Source of the DNA: Candidatus Segetimicrobium genomatis
GTDB taxonomy: Bacteria; Sysuimicrobiota; Sysuimicrobiia; Sysuimicrobiales; Kaftiobacteriaceae
Assembly (NCBI GenBank): GCA_005888595.1
Contig: VBAL01000009.1
Coordinates: forward strand, 1 to 45,008
Direction: 5' to 3'
Length of the DNA stretch: 45,008 nt
In this document: positions 36,559 to 45,008 of the stretch, one piece after another
How the letters are laid out: each line of letters begins with the position of its first letter
How positions within the stretch are numbered: position 1 is the first letter of the stretch
Position numbers and translations under genes: made by a program
Notes under the pieces: model-generated
What the model was told of the DNA's origin: nothing
Databases searched by the model: none
The model's input: the letters and a program-made list of their open reading frames with translations, nothing else

Positions 36559-37499
36559 TGTCCCCTACACCTGGCTTCACCATTGCTGTGTGCACAAGGA
36601 ACCGGCCCACTGATCTCAAGCGGTGCGTGCGATCCGTGACGCGCGTGGCGCGGCCGGCCGCCGCGCAGTTCATGGAGTTGCTAGTGGTGGACGACGGGGA
36701 ATTGCAGCCGTCCCTCGTCACCGAGCTGCGTCGCTTGACGGAAGCGTGGGGTGGTCGCTTCGCATATCACCGGATGCTTAACCGACACGGGCTGTTGAAC
36801 GCGCGCCTGGCAGCGCTCGCAGCGGCCGCTGGGGAGGTCATCCTCTTCCTCGATGACGACGTCGAGGTTGGCCCTGAGTACTTGGTCCGGCTGGTCGGCC
36901 GCTATGTCGAGTGGCCAGACGCGGCTGGTATCGGCGGGGTCGACGCACTGCTGCGGCGCCGCAGCTTCGCTTCGCGGGCCTTCGATAGTGTCTTTTGCAT
37001 GGACTCGGGTCACCCCGGTCGCCTATCCCCGAGTGGCTATAACGCATCGATATCTCGCTGGATTGACGCGCAAGCTCCGTTCGAAACCGAGTATTTGGAC
37101 GGCTGCAACATGTCATTCCGGCGCCGAGCGCTGACAGAACTGGCGGCGGTAGACTGGCTGCAGGGTTACAGCCTAGGCGAGGATATTTACTTGTCCCTCG
37201 TAGCTGGCCGTACCGGGCCACTGTGGGTCGATCCGGCTCTCCGGGTGCTTCATTACGTCTCAAAGGTCTCGCGCGCTAACGCGGGCGTCATAGCCCCCAC
37301 GGTCATTTCCATGATGTATCACGTCCTTCGAGTCCGCAAGGCGCGCTGGTGGAACTACGTTGCCCTCCAATGGACTGCCCTCGGGCTAACACTGAACAGC
37401 CTTATTCGGCCTGCACAGCGGAGGAGAGCGCTTGGCTTTCTTCGGGGCCTCTTTGTCGTGGAGCGAAACCTCCTGCGAACCAGACGTGAGGGGGCGTGA
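36558..37499 (+). CDS. Glycosyltransferase family 2
   Basis: TIAVCTRNR, VVDDG, FLDDDV, GCNMSFRR, GEDIYL; start moved to ATG36558. Confidence 0.92.
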   Translation: MSPTPGFTIAVCTRNRPTDLKRCVRSVTRVARPAAAQFMELLVVDDGELQPSLVTELRRLTEAWGGRFAYHRMLNRHGLLNARLAALAAAAGEVILFLDDDVEVGPEYLVRLVGRYVEWPDAAGIGGVDALLRRRSFASRAFDSVFCMDSGHPGRLSPSGYNASISRWIDAQAPFETEYLDGCNMSFRRRALTELAAVDWLQGYSLGEDIYLSLVAGRTGPLWVDPALRVLHYVSKVSRANAGVIAPTVISMMYHVLRVRKARWWNYVALQWTALGLTLNSLIRPAQRRRALGFLRGLFVVERNLLRTRREGA

Positions 37500-37595
37500 C
37501 CGGCGTGCGGCGAATGGTGTCGCGGAACTCGTCTCGCAACCGCTGCGAGGCTCGCGGAGAGGATCGCTAGTGTGGACAAATAGACGGGTGATGCG

Positions 37596-39407
37596 ATGAC
37601 GACAAGCAGCGGCACGAGGCATACCACGTTCACCGCCTTCCTGGTCGGGGCGCGCTCGCTGTGGCAGCATCCTGGACTCGCCGTCGCCTTCCTCGTGGCG
37701 ACGCTCACGCAGGGGACGCTCCAGGGCGGCATGGTGTGGGCGCTGCGCCAAGTGCTCATCATCCTCAACGGGCCCGGGGGGATGAACCGCCGCGTCTTGC
37801 TCGTGGGCGCCCTGGCCGTGTGCGCGATCTGGTTCGTGCGCGCCGCCGGGATCTATGCCGCTCAGGTGCTCGCGGGCCGGCTGGCCTCCCGCGTCGAGCT
37901 GCGGTGGATGCGAGAGGTGCTCGAGAAACTGTTGACGCTTCCGGTCAGCTTCTTTGACAAGAGCAGCCGGGGCGATCTCGTCATGACCGCCTACAACGAC
38001 ACGAAGACCGTCCGCCTCGTCACGGTCCAGTTCGGCCAGCTGGTGCTCTACCTCTCGCAGCTCGCCGGGCTAATGGTCGCGGCCTGGGCGATGAGTGCGA
38101 AGCTCACGCTTATCGGGCTCTTCTTCGCACCGCTCGGGTGTGTTCCGGTCTATTGGCTGGGGCGGCGACTCACCGAGGCTGCACGACGAGAGCAAAAACA
38201 GGGGGTCTCGCTTCAGGACAGTTATCTCCAGCTGACCTCGGGGATCCGAGTGATCAAGGTCAATGCCGGAGAGAGCCAGATCTTGGAACGTGCCCGACAG
38301 GTCTCCCAGCAGTTGTGGCGCAGCGTGCTGCGGCAGATCCACGCGGGAGGGCTCGCGCGCCTGCTGCTCGACGGCGTGGAGGGCTTTGGTCTGATCCTCA
38401 TCTTGGTCATCGGCGGCGCGGACGTGGCCGCCGGGCGCATGCCGTGGCAGTCGCTGCTCGGCTTGCTCCTCGCCGTGATGGCGATCTACGCCCCCGTTCT
38501 CGGATTGCTCAGCATCTACTCATACATCCGCCAGGCGATTCCAGATCTCGATCGTCTCGACCGGATCCTGAACACAGTGCCGGAGATCCAGGACCGGCCC
38601 GGCGCGCGGCCGCTGCACGAGGGGCCGGCCACGATTGAGCTCCGGAACGTGTCGTTCACCTACAACGGCCAGCCCGCGCTCAGCGACATCTCGGCCGTGA
38701 TCCATCGCGGCGAAACGATCGGCATCGTAGGACCGACGGGTGCCGGCAAGTCCACGCTGCTGTCGCTCCTACTGCGCTTCTATGACCCCACGGACGGCGC
38801 GATCCTGTTCGACGGCGTTGACCTGCGTGACCTCCGGCACCGGGATCTCATGAGCCAGAGCTCGATCGTGCTCCAAGAGCCATTTCTCTTCATCGACACG
38901 ATCGCCAACAACATCCGCATGGGGCGACCCGGGGCGACGCTGGACGAAGTGGTCGCCGCCGCGAAGGCCGCGGGCGTGCACGACGAGATCCTCCAGATGG
39001 AGTTCGGCTACGAGACGGTCGTCGGGACCGGGCCCGAGGCTCGCGGGTTGTCGGGAGGGCAGAAGCAGCGGATCTGCGTCGCGGCGGCGCTCTTGAAGAA
39101 CGCGCCGCTGCTGTTCCTCGACGAAGCGACCAACAGCCTCGATTCCGTGTCGGAGGCGAAGGTGCAGGCCGCGATCGAGCGCCTGATGCGGCACCGGACC
39201 ACCTTCGTGATCGCACACCGCTTCTCCACGCTCCGCAACGCCGATCGGATCATTGTCCTCGAGCAGGGGCGGATGGTCGGGTTCGACTCGCGCACGCGGC
39301 TGCTCACGAGCTGCAAGACATTCCGGAAGCTCTGGGCCTCGCAGATGGCGCTCGTCAGCGACTCGCCCGAGGTCCTCCCCCGACGGCCGGAGATGATGGA
39401 TGTCTAG
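37596..39407 (+). CDS. MsbA/PglK-like ABC half-transporter (TMD + NBD)
   Basis: TM domain then GPTGAGKST, Q-loop LQEP, LSGGQKQR, LFLDEAT, IAHR. Confidence 0.93.
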   Translation: MTTSSGTRHTTFTAFLVGARSLWQHPGLAVAFLVATLTQGTLQGGMVWALRQVLIILNGPGGMNRRVLLVGALAVCAIWFVRAAGIYAAQVLAGRLASRVELRWMREVLEKLLTLPVSFFDKSSRGDLVMTAYNDTKTVRLVTVQFGQLVLYLSQLAGLMVAAWAMSAKLTLIGLFFAPLGCVPVYWLGRRLTEAARREQKQGVSLQDSYLQLTSGIRVIKVNAGESQILERARQVSQQLWRSVLRQIHAGGLARLLLDGVEGFGLILILVIGGADVAAGRMPWQSLLGLLLAVMAIYAPVLGLLSIYSYIRQAIPDLDRLDRILNTVPEIQDRPGARPLHEGPATIELRNVSFTYNGQPALSDISAVIHRGETIGIVGPTGAGKSTLLSLLLRFYDPTDGAILFDGVDLRDLRHRDLMSQSSIVLQEPFLFIDTIANNIRMGRPGATLDEVVAAAKAAGVHDEILQMEFGYETVVGTGPEARGLSGGQKQRICVAAALLKNAPLLFLDEATNSLDSVSEAKVQAAIERLMRHRTTFVIAHRFSTLRNADRIIVLEQGRMVGFDSRTRLLTSCKTFRKLWASQMALVSDSPEVLPRRPEMMDV

Positions 39408-39492
39408 GTCATCAGACCTTCTACGCCTCGAGGTTTGGGAAGGCCCGAGGCGGTAGCACGCCCGTTTTGCTTCTTACCGAGAATCTCCGACA

Positions 39493-41145
39493 TCACCAGC
39501 GCTTTCTTCTCCTAACAAGACAATCGATCACGGTCATGTTACCTACCTGATTAAACGTGTGCACGCCCGCCACGTTCGGCGCCCAATCGGGAATAATTCT
39601 GTCCACCTCAACTTCTTCATAGCTTTCTGGGCTTAGGTGGAGGATGCGGTTGATTGAAACAGCATACCCGTAGCGATTGGAGCAGTCTTGAGCCGGTCTA
39701 TAAAGCTGGCCATGCTTCTCGAAAATGCGCCCCGCCGGCCGGGCTGAGCGAACGTCGCTCTTTATGGGGTTGTTACGATGCGGAGTCCACGGCCCTAATG
39801 GTGAATCTGCATGGAATAGGTGGAGTTCATCCCAACTCCCGGCACCATAGGCAGGAATGCTTGCGAACAACCACCATTTTCCAAACAGGAACGCTAGGGT
39901 GGGGTCCCAAGCTGTCAGGCCAGAAAGGAGCACGCGTTCCAATTTCCACTGCGAAGGAAAATTGAGGCAACGATACAGTTCAACTTGATGGTGTGCCCCC
40001 GTCTCCGGTATCATGAACCAATCTCCATCCCACTGGAACACAAAGGGATAGGACAAGTGATAATCCTTTTCGAGGATAGGAGTGGGCGCGGCACTATTTC
40101 CCCTATCATCAACCACGGTCAAGACAATGGATCCCTTAGCGGTTGAAAAGCGCAATTCCTCGTGAAATATGTAATAGTCCGTCCCTACTTGGATGGGAAA
40201 GGGATCGGCCCAAAAACGATCCGTTGGAGGAATCAACTGCCGAAAGGTTCCCATCACTGGTCGGTCACCTACCCCGTATTGATATGCCAAAGCCCATTGC
40301 TCACGATAAAGCATGCTCACCCACTTGTCAGAAAGGTAACGTCCCACTAAGAAGGTCCCTGCCCGCAACATGGCAGGATTACCCGGAAGCAGTGCCGGGC
40401 GTTTTGTACCTTCAACCGGCGCAGCCGCCTTGAGGGTTTCGACGAATGCGTCCGCATCTTCCCACAGCAACCGAATCTTCCTCGCCAAAGCGCCGGCGAT
40501 CTTCCAGTAAACATGATTTTGGCTGCGAGACAGTGAACGACGATCGGTGGGGGCAACAGACCTATAAATCACACGCTTCTTGTCGAACCCCTTCCAGTGG
40601 ACACAGAGGCCGGCTTCCGTGGTTGGCCTCCCATCGATAAGCTCCCAAAACGCTGGGGTTGATTGCGTTCTCGGGTCGTCGCTCTGACCAAACGTTGTGC
40701 TCCAAACACCATACTTAGGTAGTTCGTCTAAACACCCATCCGGCATTAAGGCAAAAGGATCCAACACCACGTCAATCCGCTCTTCTTGAAACATGCGAGC
40801 TAATGGAGTATTCACCCGTTGCGATCCCACCAGAGCATCTCGACGATCAGCCCCATTGAGAACGCGACAATTGGGGAGCCCGGAGTGCAGATCGATTGGT
40901 GCAAGGGCGTCAAGAAAACTGCGAAACAAATACCGATCTACGTGCTTGTACAAGAAGAAAAGGGCGTGGCGCAATTGCTGAACAAATCTAACTGACCCCC
41001 GGTCCTCTTCGAAGGCCGCTTGCAACACCAGCACGAACTTTGCAGTTCCGGAGCGCTTAACGTCTTCTACGCACTTGAACAACCAGTTGGGAATCGTTTT
41101 GCCATCTGTAACGAGTAGAAGCCGGAGCGGTGCGTTGCGATTCAT
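39493..41145 (-). CDS. GINT1 N-terminal-like (glucosamine inositolphosphorylceramide transferase family) beta-propeller protein
   Basis: FWADPF, HLSYPFVF, MIPET, WDPT, WTPHRNNPI, ARPAG, YRPAQDC..YG repeats; lower GC than its neighbours. Confidence 0.75.
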   Translation of the reverse strand: MNRNAPLRLLLVTDGKTIPNWLFKCVEDVKRSGTAKFVLVLQAAFEEDRGSVRFVQQLRHALFFLYKHVDRYLFRSFLDALAPIDLHSGLPNCRVLNGADRRDALVGSQRVNTPLARMFQEERIDVVLDPFALMPDGCLDELPKYGVWSTTFGQSDDPRTQSTPAFWELIDGRPTTEAGLCVHWKGFDKKRVIYRSVAPTDRRSLSRSQNHVYWKIAGALARKIRLLWEDADAFVETLKAAAPVEGTKRPALLPGNPAMLRAGTFLVGRYLSDKWVSMLYREQWALAYQYGVGDRPVMGTFRQLIPPTDRFWADPFPIQVGTDYYIFHEELRFSTAKGSIVLTVVDDRGNSAAPTPILEKDYHLSYPFVFQWDGDWFMIPETGAHHQVELYRCLNFPSQWKLERVLLSGLTAWDPTLAFLFGKWWLFASIPAYGAGSWDELHLFHADSPLGPWTPHRNNPIKSDVRSARPAGRIFEKHGQLYRPAQDCSNRYGYAVSINRILHLSPESYEEVEVDRIIPDWAPNVAGVHTFNQVGNMTVIDCLVRRRKRW

Positions 41146-41199
41146 CGTCGTTATTAGCAAGTTCGTGTGGTCTTGATCAGGTGCTGGAGAAGTCGAGTG

Positions 41200-42501
41200 T
41201 CATTCCGTGTGTTGTGTGGGGGCGAAATCGGATGTAACAAATCTGCGGATGGCCGCGCCGGCGTTGCGATAGGCGTCGATGGTCCGCTCCGCGATGGGTT
41301 CCCACGCGAGCGCCGTCTCGGCATAGCGCCGGGCGTTTGCCTCGAAACGGCGACGTAGGCCGCCGTCGGTGAGCAGGCGCTCGAGCGCTGCCGCCAGGCT
41401 CTCGACGTCGTCCACCGGCACGAGGAGCCCGCAGTCGCCCTGCTCCACGAGCTCGGCGAGCCCGGCGATCCGCGTCGCGACGATCGCGCGGCCCATCGTG
41501 ATGGCGGCGATGGCGACGCCGCTCTGGTCGATGGCGCGATAGGGTAGGGCGACCACCGAGGCGGCCTCGAAATACGACGGTACCTGCTGCTCCTCGATAT
41601 AGTGCAGGTGGAACATCACGCGATCCTCGATGTCGAGTTCGCGCGCGAGACCGCGATAGCGCTCAATGGTGGCGAACGGTGCGCCGGCTAGTACGACGCG
41701 GAAGACCAACCCCCGGTCCCGAAGAGTCGCTGCGGCGCGTAGAAGCACGTCTGCGCGCTTCGACGGCCGCAGCTCCCCAAACATGAGGATGATGGGCGTA
41801 TGCTCCGCCGCCCCGTCGAGCGCCGGCACCGAAGCCCGTTCCTGATTCCAAAACTGCCGGAAGTTGCCGTGGGGAATGCGCGAGATGCGCTCGGGCGGGA
41901 CCCCGAACTCCTCGATTAAGCCCCGGACCGTGTCCTTCGTATGCGCGATGAGGTGGTGGCAGGCGTGGTACAGTCGCCGGAGCCGCTGCCGGTCCCGTGC
42001 GTTCCGTCTGGAGCCGTGCGGCCACAGGTTGTGAACAGTATGCACGATAGGGATTTGGTCCCGAATCCACTGCAACCACCGGGCGTCCACGGGGAGAGCG
42101 GGCGGGAAATGGAGATGCAGCACATCATACCGGCCCAGCGACGCCGTGAGGCGGGCAAGAGACGTGAGGTGGCCAGCGAGGCGCAGGCACAGCCACACCG
42201 GCCGCGTCAGGCGCCCAGCCCGATACGTGGGCAGCTGCGTCCGCCGATAAAACGCGATCCGTGGCGTATACGTGATTTCCCGCCAGCAGCGGCTCGCGCG
42301 CCCGAACGCCGGACCCGTGAAGAGCTCGACTTCGCATCCCGCGTCCACCAGCGCTTTGCAGAGATTGTGCATGTACCCCGGAGCGGAGAACGACGGGTTC
42401 AGCATCAGGACGCGGGGCTCGAGACCGCGTTTCAGGTCGCCGCCCGTAGCAGAACACTCGGCTCCTGGGCGGAGGAACTGGACGACCTTCGTGGCACTCA
42501 T
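41200..42501 (-). CDS. Glycosyltransferase family 4
   Basis: VHTVHNLWPH, IPHG, FGELRPSK, LPYRAIDQSGV, GLLVPVDD; ATGA overlap with the upstream GT4. Confidence 0.9.
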   Translation of the reverse strand: MSATKVVQFLRPGAECSATGGDLKRGLEPRVLMLNPSFSAPGYMHNLCKALVDAGCEVELFTGPAFGRASRCWREITYTPRIAFYRRTQLPTYRAGRLTRPVWLCLRLAGHLTSLARLTASLGRYDVLHLHFPPALPVDARWLQWIRDQIPIVHTVHNLWPHGSRRNARDRQRLRRLYHACHHLIAHTKDTVRGLIEEFGVPPERISRIPHGNFRQFWNQERASVPALDGAAEHTPIILMFGELRPSKRADVLLRAAATLRDRGLVFRVVLAGAPFATIERYRGLARELDIEDRVMFHLHYIEEQQVPSYFEAASVVALPYRAIDQSGVAIAAITMGRAIVATRIAGLAELVEQGDCGLLVPVDDVESLAAALERLLTDGGLRRRFEANARRYAETALAWEPIAERTIDAYRNAGAAIRRFVTSDFAPTQHTE

Positions 42502-43652
42502 CGCGTCCGGGATCCGCTCTTGGAGCGTACGGTTTGGTACACGGCTTCGTACGACCTGAGCCAGGCGGCGAGCCCGAATTCTCGCTCCAGCCGTCCCCGA
42601 GCTGCGCGCGCCCGTCGCCGGGCCGCGGCCGGATTCTGAAACACGTCTCGGAGCGCCGTGGCGACCGCGTGGGAATCGTCTGGAGGCACGAGTAGGGCCT
42701 CCTTGGCCGACAGCATCTCGGGGACTCCTCCGACACCGGCGGCGATGATAGGCACCTCAGCGGCCATCGCCTCAAACAGTGCAATCGGTGTCCCCTCCGA
42801 GCGAGAAGTCAGCACAAACGCCTCGAAGGCTCGAAGCAAGCGTCCGGCGCGAGGCACGAGGCCGTGCCACCGGATCCGGTCTACAACGTCCACAGACGCG
42901 GCGCGGGTTTCGAGTGCCTGCCGCAGTGGACCGGCCCCCACGAACGAGACCGTCACGGGAAGATCTTCCAGCTGCCGCAAGGCCTCGACTAGTACGTCCG
43001 GGCCTTTCTCCGCACTCAAGCGCCCGACCCACCCCACGCGAAAGCCATTGGGTGCGACTCCGAGCCCGAGCGCCCGACACGCCGCTCCCCGGTCGAGGGG
43101 AGGCTCCGAGGGGTACCACGCGTTCTGCACGTAGTGGAGCCGCTCGCGCGGCACGCCGCTCGCGGCCAGGTCGTCCACGAGCGTGCGGGAAACGGCTACG
43201 ACGGCGTCGAACCGCCGCAGCGCGCGGCGCTGCAGCCATTCGTAGAAGCGATTCCTCCTGTCGCCACCCGTGAAACCGTGGACGGTCGAAACCACGGGAA
43301 TGCCCAGGCCACGCGCTATGGCCGCATCCAATACATCCGCCCGATACCCGTGTGTGTGGACCACGTCGGGACGCAGCCTGCGACACAGCCGCGCGACCTC
43401 CGCCCGCTCTTGCAGATAGCCCCGCCGAGGGATTGCGATCGTGAGGACCTCGACCCCAGCGTCCCGGAACGGCGCGAGGAAAGGGTGGTCGAGCGGGCCG
43501 GAAAAGACCACAGCCGCTACGCGGGCCTCGACCTTGGACCCGCGCGCTCCCAAGACCAGCGCAGGAACAACCGCCTCCTTGCCTCCGACTTCGGCGGGGG
43601 TAAGAAGATGGAGCACGGAAACCCTGGAGGTCGGCGCGTATGAGCTCACCAT
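42498..43652 (-). CDS. Glycosyltransferase family 4
   Basis: VHTHGY, STVHG, VGRLSAEKG, SRSEGTPIALFEAMAA, GGVPE; start uncertain. Confidence 0.92.
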   Translation of the reverse strand: MVSSYAPTSRVSVLHLLTPAEVGGKEAVVPALVLGARGSKVEARVAAVVFSGPLDHPFLAPFRDAGVEVLTIAIPRRGYLQERAEVARLCRRLRPDVVHTHGYRADVLDAAIARGLGIPVVSTVHGFTGGDRRNRFYEWLQRRALRRFDAVVAVSRTLVDDLAASGVPRERLHYVQNAWYPSEPPLDRGAACRALGLGVAPNGFRVGWVGRLSAEKGPDVLVEALRQLEDLPVTVSFVGAGPLRQALETRAASVDVVDRIRWHGLVPRAGRLLRAFEAFVLTSRSEGTPIALFEAMAAEVPIIAAGVGGVPEMLSAKEALLVPPDDSHAVATALRDVFQNPAAARRRARAARGRLEREFGLAAWLRSYEAVYQTVRSKSGSRTR

Positions 43653-43669
43653 GGCGCCCAGGCAACACG

Positions 43670-43685
43670 GCAAACCTAGTGCCAG
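43670..43685 (-). promoter_or_regulatory. Best-matching sigma54 promoter candidate
   Basis: CTGGCACTAGGTTTGC on the minus strand = TGGCAC-N5-TTGC; overlaps a perfect palindrome gtgccagctggcac at 43679-43692. Confidence 0.7.
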
Positions 43686-43962
43686 CTGGCACCCGGCGAT
43701 TGTCTAGAGGGTGGGCCTCAACCCCCTTGTAGTGTTGCGCGATCGCAACGCCAGCGCACGGAGTTGGAGAGGCCCGCGGGCGAGAAACTCGGCTGGCAGC
43801 TCGGGCGGCCCGGCTGTTGCTTCCGGCCGGGGGCGAAGTAGCGTTGGCATCGGAAGCCCAAGAGTCCCGTAGAGACAGCAAGGCTCGAGCCCTGGACGGC
43901 GTTTTCACGACGACGCGGCGTTGAAGTTGGCCCGGTGAAACGAACCGGTTCTAATGGCAGCA

Positions 43963-45008
43963 TCAATGCCACTCGTAAGCCCCGATGTCGTAGGCCGGTC
44001 CCTGGGGCCTGAGGACGGCGTCGAAGTCGATGCTGGGCGCCCGGCTCGATGTACCGGCGTCGATCGACGGGCTACCGACAGCTTCATGGTAGTCGCCCCA
44101 ACCGGTTGGGTTGTAGTTTATGAAGAGCGGAGCGGCAGTGACCGTGTTCGTGCCCTGACCGCCGGTGACCATCAGATTCCAATTGCCCGGGCTGTTGCCG
44201 TACACCAAGTTGTTGGCGTACTGGGCATTCACTATCCCGCCGCTGGCATATTCCTCAATGCCATAGCCGTTCGCATTGGAGGCGGTGCCGTTGTTGTAGA
44301 CGATGTTGTTATTGATCACGGAGTTGCTATTGGTGCTGGCGAAGGGGCACTCCGAGTTGCCGCCGATCACGATGCCGCCATTGAAGTTGTTGAAGACGGT
44401 ATTGTTGGATAAGGTGTCATTGGTGGGGCAGTGCCACAGCTGGAGGCCCCAGCCCGCCGCCCGGTACACGATGTTGTTCTGCACGATGGTCGCGGCATTG
44501 GCCACGTAGATCCCATGGACGGTGTTCGACTGGCCGAGAGAGGTCGCAATGTCGTGCACCACATTACCGATGATGCGGTCGCCCTTGGACGTGTATTTGC
44601 AGCAATCCACCAAGATCCCGCCATAGCCACCGTTGTTCCCGGGCAGATCGTGCACGTGATTGCCAATGACCCCATTATAGTTCCCGTTGACCATGATCCC
44701 GGTGGCACAGCTGCCGGTCACGTCGAAGTTGACGAAATCCACGTAATCGCCGTTGTTCTCGAGGGCCGGGCAGCCGCCCGTGATCTTCGCTCCCCATTTC
44801 ACATCGGAGATATACGTGATACGAGCGCTCGCGGTGCCGCTGACCGACACGTTCTGCACGCCCCAGGAGTAATTCCCCGCCGCGAAGTGGGCCACGTCGC
44901 CCGGAGCGAGCAGCTGGCTGACGCGCTGCATCGTGAAGCAGGGGGCCGCCGCGCTGCACGGGTTCGCGTCGCTACCAGAGGGCGCGACGTAGTAGTTGCC
45001 GCCGGTGC
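43963..45008 (-). CDS. Right-handed parallel beta-helix secreted protein, 5' end beyond the window
   Basis: YYVAPSGSDANPC start of domain (frame open to the edge), Asn-rich PbH1 repeats, C-terminal SPSIDAG...RPQG.AYDIGAYE. Confidence 0.85.
   Translation of the reverse strand, partial: TGGNYYVAPSGSDANPCSAAAPCFTMQRVSQLLAPGDVAHFAAGNYSWGVQNVSVSGTASARITYISDVKWGAKITGGCPALENNGDYVDFVNFDVTGSCATGIMVNGNYNGVIGNHVHDLPGNNGGYGGILVDCCKYTSKGDRIIGNVVHDIATSLGQSNTVHGIYVANAATIVQNNIVYRAAGWGLQLWHCPTNDTLSNNTVFNNFNGGIVIGGNSECPFASTNSNSVINNNIVYNNGTASNANGYGIEEYASGGIVNAQYANNLVYGNSPGNWNLMVTGGQGTNTVTAAPLFINYNPTGWGDYHEAVGSPSIDAGTSSRAPSIDFDAVLRPQGPAYDIGAYEWH

Noticed and set aside
1-45008. tRNA, rRNA and known riboswitches
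   Set aside because: None recognised by eye; a tRNAscan-SE/Rfam scan would be needed to exclude them

Overview
GC-rich bacterial window; gene style suggests Gemmatimonadota, but that is inference only. 1-8.0 kb: the 3' end of a heme-copper oxidase operon (two subunit III genes, subunit IV, a 33-aa membrane ORF), signalling genes, a choice-of-anchor-P-like lipoprotein and DUF456. 8.0-45 kb: a large cell-envelope glycan locus. It holds an LMW-PTP and acpS; a stand-alone DltA-like adenylation enzyme/GNAT/ACP module; two repeat-built lipoproteins; a CapD/PglF dehydratase; and a FabH-like/ACP/AcpS-like/deacetylase/GNAT-like cassette. After that come a decayed zone (IS21 left end, broken PPTases, an NRPS relic that keeps an intact luciferase-like monooxygenase frame) and a legionaminic-acid-type pathway with a NeuA-NeuB fusion. 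The right end has an orphan GT-B protein, GT2, an ABC flippase-like transporter, a low-GC GINT1-like gene, two GT4s and a beta-helix protein cut by the window edge. Two non-coding patterns were read directly from the sequence: a duplicated 19-nt hairpin motif ~50 nt downstream of TTGAC in front of two signalling genes, and a set of sigma54-type GG-N10-GC sites in front of envelope operons. No rRNA, tRNA or CRISPR array was seen. All family calls come from motif recognition by eye, not database searches, and several starts were moved from the ORF track to better-supported codons.
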